Source: an uncultured virus (IMG/VR IMGVR_UViG_3300042465_003139) (taxonomy: Duplodnaviria; Heunggongvirae; Uroviricota; Caudoviricetes). Taken from it: a stretch of DNA of 20,000 nucleotides. Under the pieces are notes generated by a model that saw only the letters and a program-made list of their open reading frames with translations, was not told the DNA's origin and searched no databases. The stretch lies in IMG/VR virus record IMGVR_UViG_3300042465_003139; one strand, 5' to 3'. The translations under genes and the position numbers were made by a program. Below, piece after piece: positions 12,897 through 20,000 of this stretch (positions within the stretch are counted from its first letter, which is position 1; every line of letters starts with the position of its first letter).

Positions 12897-13582
12897 GTGC
12901 AAATTTTGCACATTCGAAAACAATCGGTGAAGGTGAATACCGATTCGGTCCTGAGACTGCCGAGAATGTAGCATGTAAGATTGCAGAAGACCGCGCAAAG
13001 CAAGATGCAATCGAAAACTTTGTTGGTGAATTGATTGAACATAGCACAAATGAAATCTGCAAAGATGAAAAGTGTTCTACACTCAGATCGTTTCATTCCG
13101 AAACAAGCGGTGAAATCAAAAAAATTCATAAACTCGAAACTCTAGTTCATCCTGAACAAAAGCATTCCGTATGTGTGGTACACATTTTAGCGGACGTAGA
13201 GAAGATTACGAATTCGATTCAACTAACAATCCAATCACAAAAAGAATTTAAGCACGGCGATAGATTTAAAATATCTGGTGCAACAAACCGAGTTGGTAGT
13301 CTCGGTATCTTCAATGTTGTTGACGATAAGCATACGCTAGTTTGGCAAGGCAAAGTGTTTGCTCCTAACAAAGAATTTAGTTTGCCGACAAAGGATCAAA
13401 AGATTGAAGCAAGATTGCCAAGTGGCAAATCTCAGTCGAAGGAATTGTTGGTATATGTCTTCACCGAAGAGAACTTGACATTCCGACCATTTTATAGTAG
13501 AATAGAGTTTAATCAGATGGTAAAAGATTTGCCTTTTCTGGGACGTAAAGTGGTAAGTCATCAAATTCAAATTTTGAGGTGA
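12845..13582 (+). CDS. Putative exported protein
   Basis: Signal-peptide-like N-terminus; ACKIAEDRAKQDAI segment; lies next to two lipoprotein genes. Confidence 0.7.
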   Translation: MVTRTIAKTTFAITLAVSANFAHSKTIGEGEYRFGPETAENVACKIAEDRAKQDAIENFVGELIEHSTNEICKDEKCSTLRSFHSETSGEIKKIHKLETLVHPEQKHSVCVVHILADVEKITNSIQLTIQSQKEFKHGDRFKISGATNRVGSLGIFNVVDDKHTLVWQGKVFAPNKEFSLPTKDQKIEARLPSGKSQSKELLVYVFTEENLTFRPFYSRIEFNQMVKDLPFLGRKVVSHQIQILR

Positions 13583-13584
13583 AT

Positions 13585-13713
13585 ATGAAGTATCTTTTTG
13601 TTATGATTTGTATTATGGGTTTGTTAGGTTGTGGTACTGTGGGTGGTGCAATGCAAGGTGCGGGAGAAGACCTTGGTCGCGCTGGTAACTATGTTAAAAA
13701 CGTGGGAAAATAA
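13585..13713 (+). CDS. Entericidin EcnA/B-like small lipoprotein
   Basis: GAGG SD; MKYLFVMICIMGLLGC-GTVGGAMQGAGEDLGRAG with lipobox LLGC and GxGxD motif. Confidence 0.7.
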   Translation: MKYLFVMICIMGLLGCGTVGGAMQGAGEDLGRAGNYVKNVGK

Positions 13714-13716
13714 ATT

Positions 13717-14322
13717 ATGAATAAAACTTGGATGGTTGTTCCTTTGGTGCTTGCGTTGACTGCATGTGGCTCTACAAATTTTCGTGGATCAAGTGTGTCG
13801 GAAACAAAAGTGTTTAGTAATGAAGTAGACTACCCTAGTTGGTATACTGACAAGCCTAGCGAAAAGAATTCACTCTTTTCGGTTGGTTCTGAATTCTCAA
13901 AAGACTTTCAGTTTTCAGTTGACAAGGCAATGCTTTCTGCAAAGCGTGAACTTGCATCACAGTTTTCTTCACACACTAGTTCCATGATGAAAGACTTTGC
14001 AGTTGAATCTGGAACACTCGGTGTTGGTGTCGCTGGCGCTGATATCGAACGTACCACACGTTTGATTGTTGCGAAGGTTAACATGATTGGCGTTCAACGA
14101 ACTAACTTCAAGGTTGTGCGTGAACGTGATGGATATCGCACCTTTGTGCAGTTGAAATATTCTACTGATGAAGCAAACAAGATTATGCTTGCTGAGGTTC
14201 AACGTAATCAAGCACTCTATGCTAAATTCCGCGCATCAAAATCTTTCCGTGAACTTGATGCACAGACAGACAAGATTGAAAATCAAAAGATCGAAGAAAT
14301 TCGTGCAATGCAAGGAAACTAA
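13717..14322 (+). CDS. LPP20-like lipoprotein
   Basis: Lipobox LTAC, PSWY and AMLSAKRELA. Confidence 0.75.
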   Translation: MNKTWMVVPLVLALTACGSTNFRGSSVSETKVFSNEVDYPSWYTDKPSEKNSLFSVGSEFSKDFQFSVDKAMLSAKRELASQFSSHTSSMMKDFAVESGTLGVGVAGADIERTTRLIVAKVNMIGVQRTNFKVVRERDGYRTFVQLKYSTDEANKIMLAEVQRNQALYAKFRASKSFRELDAQTDKIENQKIEEIRAMQGN

Positions 14323-14324
14323 TC

Positions 14325-14816
14325 ATGCCTAATTGGTGTTACAATACAATCGATATTATTGCTGAACCAGAGACTATTCAAAAGTTTGAGAAGTTTCTTG
14401 AGGACAAAAAAGGCGAAGATTGGTTCGATTTCTTCTTGCCTATGCCTAAGGAAATTAAAGAGACAGACCAAGATTGGTATGCATGGGCAGTAAACAATTG
14501 GGGATGTAAGTGGAACTGTAGTGCGCGAGATTGGGAAGTATCTGAACATAATAATCGAATCTCATTCTCTTTTGATTCTCCTTGGGGTCCTCCAATTGCA
14601 TTGTATGATTTCATGTCAAATGAATTTGAAGACGTTGTAATTGAGGCGAAGTATCTTGAAGAGGGTATGTGTTTCGTGGGTCAATACATCGATGGTATTG
14701 ATGAGTGTTATGAATATCAAGACAAAGATGATTTGGATTTGATTCCTGAAGAACTTGTTGACCATTGGAATTTGCACGATCAATTTTCCGAAGAAGACGA
14801 AGAAGACGAAGAATAG
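14325..14816 (+). CDS. DUF1281/YubB-like protein
   Basis: MPNWCxN, WYxWxxxNWGxKW and FDSPWGPP motifs. Confidence 0.8.
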   Translation: MPNWCYNTIDIIAEPETIQKFEKFLEDKKGEDWFDFFLPMPKEIKETDQDWYAWAVNNWGCKWNCSARDWEVSEHNNRISFSFDSPWGPPIALYDFMSNEFEDVVIEAKYLEEGMCFVGQYIDGIDECYEYQDKDDLDLIPEELVDHWNLHDQFSEEDEEDEE

Positions 14817-14820
14817 TAAG

Positions 14821-15018
14821 ATGACAAAACAAATTGTTTTGGATGGCGATGCCGCGGATCGCATTACAGTCTGTAATCTTAAAGACTATAGAAATTATCT
14901 CAAAAAAGAATTGAGAGAATACAAAAAAGGCAAATGGCTTCACTCGGAAGACGTTGCTGGAAATATTCGGCGTGTTGAAGCGTTGAATCTAATCATAAAA
15001 GATTTTGGTGGAGAATAA
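14821..15018 (+). CDS. Hypothetical protein
   Basis: MTKQIVLDGDAADRIT..., fills the gap between neighbours. Confidence 0.7.
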   Translation: MTKQIVLDGDAADRITVCNLKDYRNYLKKELREYKKGKWLHSEDVAGNIRRVEALNLIIKDFGGE

Positions 15019-15019
15019 A

Positions 15020-15928
15020 ATGAGAATTGCTGTTACATCCGATGTTCATCTAGAATTCGGACCACTCATTCTGAAAAACGAACACAACATTGATGTTCTG
15101 GTGTTGTCTGGTGATATTTGTGTTGCAAGCGACTTGAATTATAAGTCCGATAATCTTGGTATTGTGAGTAATGGTAAGTATGAAAGAATGCGTGAATTCT
15201 TCCGTTCTTGTTCTGACAATTTCAAGAATGTGATTTACATCATGGGTAACCATGAACACTATCACGGAGACTTCAATACTAGCACACATATGCTACGTAG
15301 TTTTCTGATGAATGATGATGACTACAGCAACATTCATTTTCTCGACAAAGAATCAGTTGAGATTGATGGTGTGACTTTTGTTGGTGGCACTCTTTGGACT
15401 GACTTTAATGGTGGCGATGAAATGACAATGCGCTACATTGAACGCAGAATGAATGACTTTCAGATTGTGAAGCATAGTGGTCGCAAAGTATCATACAAAG
15501 AGTTTGATTACGCAATCAAAGAAGATGGAACGAAAGACTATAATACAGTTGTTCGTACCACATTCAGAGAGCGTGATGCACGTTTCTGTCCTGCCGATGC
15601 ATATGAAGACTATAAGCAAATGCTTGAGGTTATCAAAACTTCAGTAGCAGATCACACAAAGAAGTATGTTGTATGCACACACCATGCACCTAGTAAGGCA
15701 TCTACGCATCCTCGCTACGCGCATGAGGTGGAAATGAATTGGGGTTATAGTTCGAATCAAGATGAATTCATTCTGAACAATCCTCAAATCAAGTTGTGGA
15801 CTCATGGACACACACATGAAGATTTTGACTACATGATTGGTAGCACAAGAATCTTTTGTAACCCTCGCGGTTATGATGGATATGAATCAAGGGCAGATCG
15901 TTTTGAACTGAAATTTGTAGATATTTAA
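15020..15928 (+). CDS. Calcineurin-like metallophosphoesterase
   Basis: SDVH, SGD, GNHE, THH, HGHTH and NPRGY motifs. Confidence 0.9.
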   Translation: MRIAVTSDVHLEFGPLILKNEHNIDVLVLSGDICVASDLNYKSDNLGIVSNGKYERMREFFRSCSDNFKNVIYIMGNHEHYHGDFNTSTHMLRSFLMNDDDYSNIHFLDKESVEIDGVTFVGGTLWTDFNGGDEMTMRYIERRMNDFQIVKHSGRKVSYKEFDYAIKEDGTKDYNTVVRTTFRERDARFCPADAYEDYKQMLEVIKTSVADHTKKYVVCTHHAPSKASTHPRYAHEVEMNWGYSSNQDEFILNNPQIKLWTHGHTHEDFDYMIGSTRIFCNPRGYDGYESRADRFELKFVDI

Positions 15929-15929
15929 A

Positions 15930-16241
15930 ATGAAAAAACTAATTCGTGATGGAAAAGTTGCGGTTCTAGTTTCAGGTGGATTTGGCGCAGGCTGGTCTAC
16001 TTGGAACTATGATGAACCACAAATGCTTTATGATCCAGTGATTGCAGAAATGCTTGAACAATCAAAAGGCGAAAGTGAAATTGAAAAGTATTGCGGAGAA
16101 CAATACCCTAATGCATACTTAGGAGGACTTGATGGATTGTATGTTGCGTGGTTGCCTGAAGGAACTGCGTTTCGAATCCATGAGTATGACGGATCAGAGT
16201 CCGTTGAAATTCGTGATGAAGTTCGTTGGGAGATAGCATGA
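15930..16241 (+). CDS. Conserved phage hypothetical protein
   Basis: VAVLVSGGFGAGWSTWN...FRIHEYDGSE. Confidence 0.8.
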   Translation: MKKLIRDGKVAVLVSGGFGAGWSTWNYDEPQMLYDPVIAEMLEQSKGESEIEKYCGEQYPNAYLGGLDGLYVAWLPEGTAFRIHEYDGSESVEIRDEVRWEIA

Positions 16242-16366
16242 TACAATTTCTTGCTGGTATTGTAGTAGGAATTATAATTTCTACTGTTGGTGTCTCTGGA
16301 CTCACAAAGTCTGTTGATGAACAAGTTGAAAACTTTAAAACGGTAATTAAGGAAAAATCAAAATGA
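16238..16366 (+). CDS. Small membrane protein
   Basis: MIQFLAGIVVGIIISTVGVSG...; ATGA overlaps on both sides. Confidence 0.7.
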   Translation: MIQFLAGIVVGIIISTVGVSGLTKSVDEQVENFKTVIKEKSK

Positions 16367-16680
16367 AATATTGGAATACTATGACCAATCTTGAGAATGA
16401 AATTCTCCGTGTTCGCGAATTCAAAACATTGCTTGATGTTACGACAAGAGGACTGACAGAAACTGGATCAACACCAGAAGAAACTTCAACGGTTCTCTAC
16501 ACCTTGCTCGGAATGATTGAAGATATCGATTCTAAGATGTATGACAATTTTCAATCATTGTGGGATGAAGTCAGGACTGATTCGTGGGAATCTGATGAAA
16601 ACGAAAGTGATACAAATTCTGATGAGCGATGGGGTCGAATTGTTGATGATTTAAGGAAAATGAGTGTTAGTGAGGGCTAA
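16363..16680 (+). CDS. Hypothetical protein
   Basis: 105 aa ORF with AAGGA SD. Confidence 0.7.
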   Translation: MKYWNTMTNLENEILRVREFKTLLDVTTRGLTETGSTPEETSTVLYTLLGMIEDIDSKMYDNFQSLWDEVRTDSWESDENESDTNSDERWGRIVDDLRKMSVSEG

Positions 16681-16710
16681 CTAACATAAAAGTAGTAAAA
16701 TTAAGGGTTG

Positions 16711-16784
16711 GGGGTGTTGTTTTTGTGCAACATCCCCATTTTTTTGTGGAAAACCCTTGACAATTACCTAGGAACGTGTAGAAT
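16711..16784 (+). promoter_or_regulatory. Promoter with TGTTG-N8-CAACA box (box also forms a terminator-like hairpin)
   Basis: GGGG-TGTTG..CAACA-TCCCC plus T run; TTGACA 16757, 16 nt, TAGAAT 16779. Confidence 0.75.
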
Positions 16785-16818
16785 AGACTTTGTTGATTGA
16801 GATTAAGAGGAAATTCTA

Positions 16819-17073
16819 ATGCGTACCAAGACTTTTATTGACGGCTTCAAAAATTCACAAAAGATTCGTGTGATGTTTGAAGGATTCGGTGTCTACACTA
16901 CAGTAGGTGGTGTTTGTGAAACCTTTGCAACCGCTAGCCATAGTGCCGCCGCTTGTGATGCATTGTTGAAGTTGGCGTATATGCGCCGCACCGCTGAAAA
17001 GACTGGCGATTTGATTCCAGTTGGTTTGGGTTATACAACCCGCGGTATGCAAGTTCAGATTGATTTGATTTAA
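16819..17073 (+). CDS. Hypothetical protein
   Basis: GAGG SD; first gene after the promoter. Confidence 0.7.
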   Translation: MRTKTFIDGFKNSQKIRVMFEGFGVYTTVGGVCETFATASHSAAACDALLKLAYMRRTAEKTGDLIPVGLGYTTRGMQVQIDLI

Positions 17074-17082
17074 GGAAATAAA

Positions 17083-17319
17083 ATGACTACATTGGCAAAT
17101 GATATCTCTTACTCAATGTTTAGCGAAGTTGGCAACTTAGCCGTTCACGGTGTTGTTGTTACTGCTATTACAATGAACCTGACATGGCCACAAACTTACA
17201 AGTGTTTGCGAGTGTTGGCTAATTCAAATCCAGATATGTTTGGCGAAGCAATGGACACCGCGGTTCGGGAATGTGTCTACAATGCTTGTGGTTTTACTTC
17301 TGACTTTTATGGTGCTTAA
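17083..17319 (+). CDS. Hypothetical protein
   Basis: AAGGA SD; EAMDTAVRE motif. Confidence 0.7.
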   Translation: MTTLANDISYSMFSEVGNLAVHGVVVTAITMNLTWPQTYKCLRVLANSNPDMFGEAMDTAVRECVYNACGFTSDFYGA

Positions 17320-17320
17320 T

Positions 17321-17500
17321 ATGATTACATACAAATTTTATGTCGGTAAAGATGTTTATGAATTTGTCGCAGAGTCTAAACTTAATGCGATGGAAATGTG
17401 CAATCGTCAAGTGATTGATAAGTTGGATTTGCATCCTATGGCTTGGGCTGATGCTGGCCAGAATGCGTTTTCATATCAGTCTGGCAACTTTTTTGATTAA
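17321..17500 (+). CDS. Hypothetical protein
   Basis: ATG 17321 directly after the previous stop. Confidence 0.65.
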   Translation: MITYKFYVGKDVYEFVAESKLNAMEMCNRQVIDKLDLHPMAWADAGQNAFSYQSGNFFD

Positions 17501-17510
17501 GGAAAACAAA

Positions 17511-17681
17511 ATGAAAATCGAAACTGCAATTGGTGTCTTAGAAAAAGAACGTCAATTTTTGGGCATGGGTTTCTTGGAATTGTTGCAAGATATCCAAAAG
17601 CATGGTAAGATGATTTACTCTGAAAGGGTCATGGAAGCCTTTGAACGGTTCATGATTGATGGTCGCCGTATGTTTTCGTAA
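17511..17681 (+). CDS. Hypothetical protein
   Basis: AAGGA SD, MKIETAIG... Confidence 0.7.
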   Translation: MKIETAIGVLEKERQFLGMGFLELLQDIQKHGKMIYSERVMEAFERFMIDGRRMFS

Positions 17682-17701
17682 GTTAGTGCTTACTTACTAA
17701 G

Positions 17702-17760
17702 TGTTGCATAAAAACAACATTTAAAATAGTTGTTGACAGGTGGTAGGAATCGTGTATAAT
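17702..17760 (+). promoter_or_regulatory. Promoter with TGTTG-N8-CAACA box
   Basis: Box 17702-17719; TTGACA 17733, 16 nt, TATAAT 17755. Confidence 0.8.
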
Positions 17761-17791
17761 AGGTACTGTTGATTGAGAAAAGGACTGAAAT

Positions 17792-18541
17792 ATGAAACTG
17801 CTTTCTACAGGTAATCCCAAGATTCTTAAAGGAATGTCACAAGGTTATAATACCTACATTCTGCACCTTGCGCCTGCAAATTTGAGTGGTTATGAAACTT
17901 GCGCCAAGCGTACCGCAGGCTGTACCGCCGCTTGTTTGAACCTCGCTGGTCGCGGTGGTATGTTTAAGCGTGGCGAAACCACTAACGTTATTCAACAAGC
18001 CCGCATTCGTAAGACTAAACTGTTTTTCGAAGACCGTATTCAATTTATGAACCTGCTGGTTGCCGATATCGAATTGGCTATCAAGCAAAGCAAACGGATG
18101 AACCTGATTCCTGTGTTCCGTTTGAACGGCACTTCCGACCTTGCATTCGAAAAGTATGAGGTTGTTCGTAACGGACAATTGTTCCGTAACATGTTTGCCG
18201 CATTCCCTGAAGTCCAATTCTATGACTACACCAAGATTCTTGGTCGTAAAATTGTTGATATCGCTAACTACCATTTGACATTCTCTGCCGCTGACGGCAA
18301 TGATGCCGATGTTGCTAAAGCAATTCAACAAGGTTACAATGTTGCTACCGTGTTCGGTATTAAGAAAACTTTGCCAATGCCTGAGACTTATATGGGTATG
18401 CCAGTTTTCAATGGTGACGAATCCGATTTGCGTTTCCTTGACCCCAAAGGTGTTGTGGTTGGTTTGTATGCAAAAGGCAAAGCAAAAAAAGACACCACTG
18501 GTTTTGTGAAATATCCTACTGTTATGTTGATGGCGGCTTGA
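17792..18541 (+). CDS. GP88-like Cys-motif phage protein
   Basis: C-x6-C-x3-C, RLNGTSD, FYDYTK, NYHLTFS and GDESDLRFLD; the family name is from recall. Confidence 0.65.
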   Translation: MKLLSTGNPKILKGMSQGYNTYILHLAPANLSGYETCAKRTAGCTAACLNLAGRGGMFKRGETTNVIQQARIRKTKLFFEDRIQFMNLLVADIELAIKQSKRMNLIPVFRLNGTSDLAFEKYEVVRNGQLFRNMFAAFPEVQFYDYTKILGRKIVDIANYHLTFSAADGNDADVAKAIQQGYNVATVFGIKKTLPMPETYMGMPVFNGDESDLRFLDPKGVVVGLYAKGKAKKDTTGFVKYPTVMLMAA

Positions 18542-18684
18542 TGCAATATACTCTGATAATGCGAAACGGAAAGATAATGCAATTCTACATTCAATCAATG
18601 GCAGAAATGTATCAGAATCTTTACGGTGGCGTGATTGTGACAAATGATGTATTGAATGAAGTGAAGGAAATTCAAAATGTATGA
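18541..18684 (+). CDS. Small hypothetical protein
   Basis: 47 aa, TGATG coupling; MQYTLIMRNGKIMQFY... Confidence 0.6.
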   Translation: MQYTLIMRNGKIMQFYIQSMAEMYQNLYGGVIVTNDVLNEVKEIQNV

Positions 18685-18874
18685 CAATAGACATGGCGGT
18701 CCCTTTGACCGCGGTGGTGCTGATTACTATTATGGTAGATCATATGAACCACATTATTATGTTGGCGATACCTATTCAAGTGACCGGGTTGAATTGGCTA
18801 ACATGACTGCACAACAAATTGTAGAATATACTGCTGGCTACAATGCTGGTGGCGCACAAAAGGATTGGGGTTGA
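18677..18874 (+). CDS. Conserved phage hypothetical protein
   Basis: RHGGPFDRGGADYYY...YTAGY...KDWG. Confidence 0.75.
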   Translation: MYDNRHGGPFDRGGADYYYGRSYEPHYYVGDTYSSDRVELANMTAQQIVEYTAGYNAGGAQKDWG

Positions 18875-18875
18875 T

Positions 18876-19100
18876 ATGACAATTCGAAAGAAACAAAAAC
18901 AGGATAAGATTGTAATTGACCTGACTGGTCCGCAAGGTAATGTATTCTATTTGCTTGCCGTTGTAAAGAAAACTTTCGCACGGTCCGGCGCACATGAATT
19001 GGGCGAATCGATTTGCGAAGAAATGAAAAAAGGTGACTACGAACACCTAGTAAAAACTTTTGATTTGTATCTTGGTGATCATTTTATTTTGGAGCGATAA
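18876..19100 (+). CDS. Hypothetical protein
   Basis: IDLTGPQGNVF...EMKKGDYEHL. Confidence 0.75.
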   Translation: MTIRKKQKQDKIVIDLTGPQGNVFYLLAVVKKTFARSGAHELGESICEEMKKGDYEHLVKTFDLYLGDHFILER

Positions 19101-19321
19101 TGACAGGCTTTCAGAGTAAGCGAATGATGGCAGAGAGCCGTTATAAGGTTTATTGTGAGTGGTGTAGTGACTGGCATTACACCGATGAGGTTGAGGTTCT
19201 GAATGTTGAGGAAGATATTCAAGGGCGTGATGTGTTGCATTTTGAATGCATGAAACCTCCTTCATGGAACGAGGATATTTCACGATATGACGGAACATCC
19301 TCACTTGTCTATAAAGAATGA
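19100..19321 (+). CDS. Hypothetical protein (CxxC)
   Basis: TAATG coupling; CEWC. Confidence 0.7.
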   Translation: MTGFQSKRMMAESRYKVYCEWCSDWHYTDEVEVLNVEEDIQGRDVLHFECMKPPSWNEDISRYDGTSSLVYKE

Positions 19322-19343
19322 AGTTAGTGTCTACTAACATCGA

Positions 19344-19404
19344 TGTTGTTTTTATGCAACACCGTGAAAATAGTGCTTGACATTCTCCGAGGGTGTGGTA
19401 TACT
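19344..19404 (+). promoter_or_regulatory. Promoter with TGTTG-N8-CAACA box
   Basis: Box 19344-19361; TTGACA 19377, 16 nt, TATACT 19399. Confidence 0.75.
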
Positions 19405-19434
19405 GTAGTCTGTTAAGTGAGAAAAGGATTTGAT

Positions 19435-19668
19435 ATGAACAAATTTGTGCAGGAAATGAATGCTCGGTCTGCGCGGTCTGCAATGATCCGCGATGCGATT
19501 CGTGACTATGAGGATGTCCTCCGTGCCGAATACGGTTCGCCTTATGCTGGTCTTGCCGGCGTTCTCGAATCCATGTTGACTTCCCTAGCGGCTGACCGCT
19601 TGGATTCGACCGAAGATGTTGTTCGTCAATTGAAGCGTTTGACTAAACGCAATATGGAGACTGTATAA
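19435..19668 (+). CDS. Hypothetical protein
   Basis: AAGGA SD, ATG 19435. Confidence 0.7.
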   Translation: MNKFVQEMNARSARSAMIRDAIRDYEDVLRAEYGSPYAGLAGVLESMLTSLAADRLDSTEDVVRQLKRLTKRNMETV

Positions 19669-19832
19669 TGTTGATGTTGGTGCCCACCTCTGATGTTGCG
19701 AAGGATTTTTTCTCCGCAATATCTACGTTGCCTAGTGCAACTTTGGAACAAATTTACTTTGCGATTGGTGCTGAATTGCAAGATCGCGAAGTGACCGTTA
19801 TGGAACGTGAAACTGAACTGGAGGTTGCATGA
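19668..19832 (+). CDS. Hypothetical protein
   Basis: 54 aa, GGAG SD, TAATG coupling. Confidence 0.6.
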   Translation: MLMLVPTSDVAKDFFSAISTLPSATLEQIYFAIGAELQDREVTVMERETELEVA

Positions 19833-19990
19833 AAGGTTCGATTCGATTTTTTGTTGGTCTGTTGATTGTCGCCGGTTCTGTTGGCGGTGTTGAAACTGAA
19901 TCGGCTGATTTGTTGGAAGGCTTGTTGCTTTCTATTCTCGGTCTTGCAATCATGTATTCTGGTGCTAATGCTATGAAGGAAAATGTGTAA
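19829..19990 (+). CDS. Small protein with two predicted transmembrane segments
   Basis: GGAGG SD; two hydrophobic stretches. Confidence 0.65.
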   Translation: MKGSIRFFVGLLIVAGSVGGVETESADLLEGLLLSILGLAIMYSGANAMKENV

Positions 19991-20000
19991 TGGGAACTAG

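Noticed and set aside
17837..18694. 285 aa minus-strand ORF
   Set aside because: Antisense to a well-supported + strand gene; no recognisable motifs.
1..20000. Stop-codon reassignment
   Set aside because: Genes are intact under the standard code, end in TAA, TGA and TAG, and no suppressor anticodon was found.

Overview
A + strand-oriented segment of a large T4-like phage genome; all convincing genes are on +. It starts with the 3' end of a T4-type RNase H (rnh). Two cassettes of small hypothetical genes (about 1.4-3.6 kb and 14.3-20 kb) sit behind near-consensus sigma70 promoters, several of which share a TGTTG-N8-CAACA box. The centre (about 4.0-12.2 kb) is a tRNA island with 26 tRNA or tRNA-like genes covering all 20 amino acids, interleaved with a PBP7-like S11 peptidase, a DUF2828-type TROVE/Ro-like vWA protein, rubrerythrin, rubredoxin and an SGNH-like protein. 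Three things stand out. (1) A 39-codon leader peptide containing all 20 amino acids (35 distinct codons) overlaps an antiterminator/terminator switch just upstream of the tRNA array, a candidate attenuator sensing shortage of any tRNA. (2) Five ncRNAs share a covarying 7-bp closing stem plus a T(T/A)CAGCAA motif, four of them directly upstream of the Ro-like gene; their cargoes include a circularly permuted YrlA-like tRNA mimic, isolated anticodon stem-loops, and mutually complementary hairpin loops. (3) Several aberrant tRNA-like RNAs and long-stem ncRNAs lie among the tRNAs. Together these suggest a phage system for sensing and countering tRNA damage; that functional reading is inference. 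All calls were made by eye without database searches.
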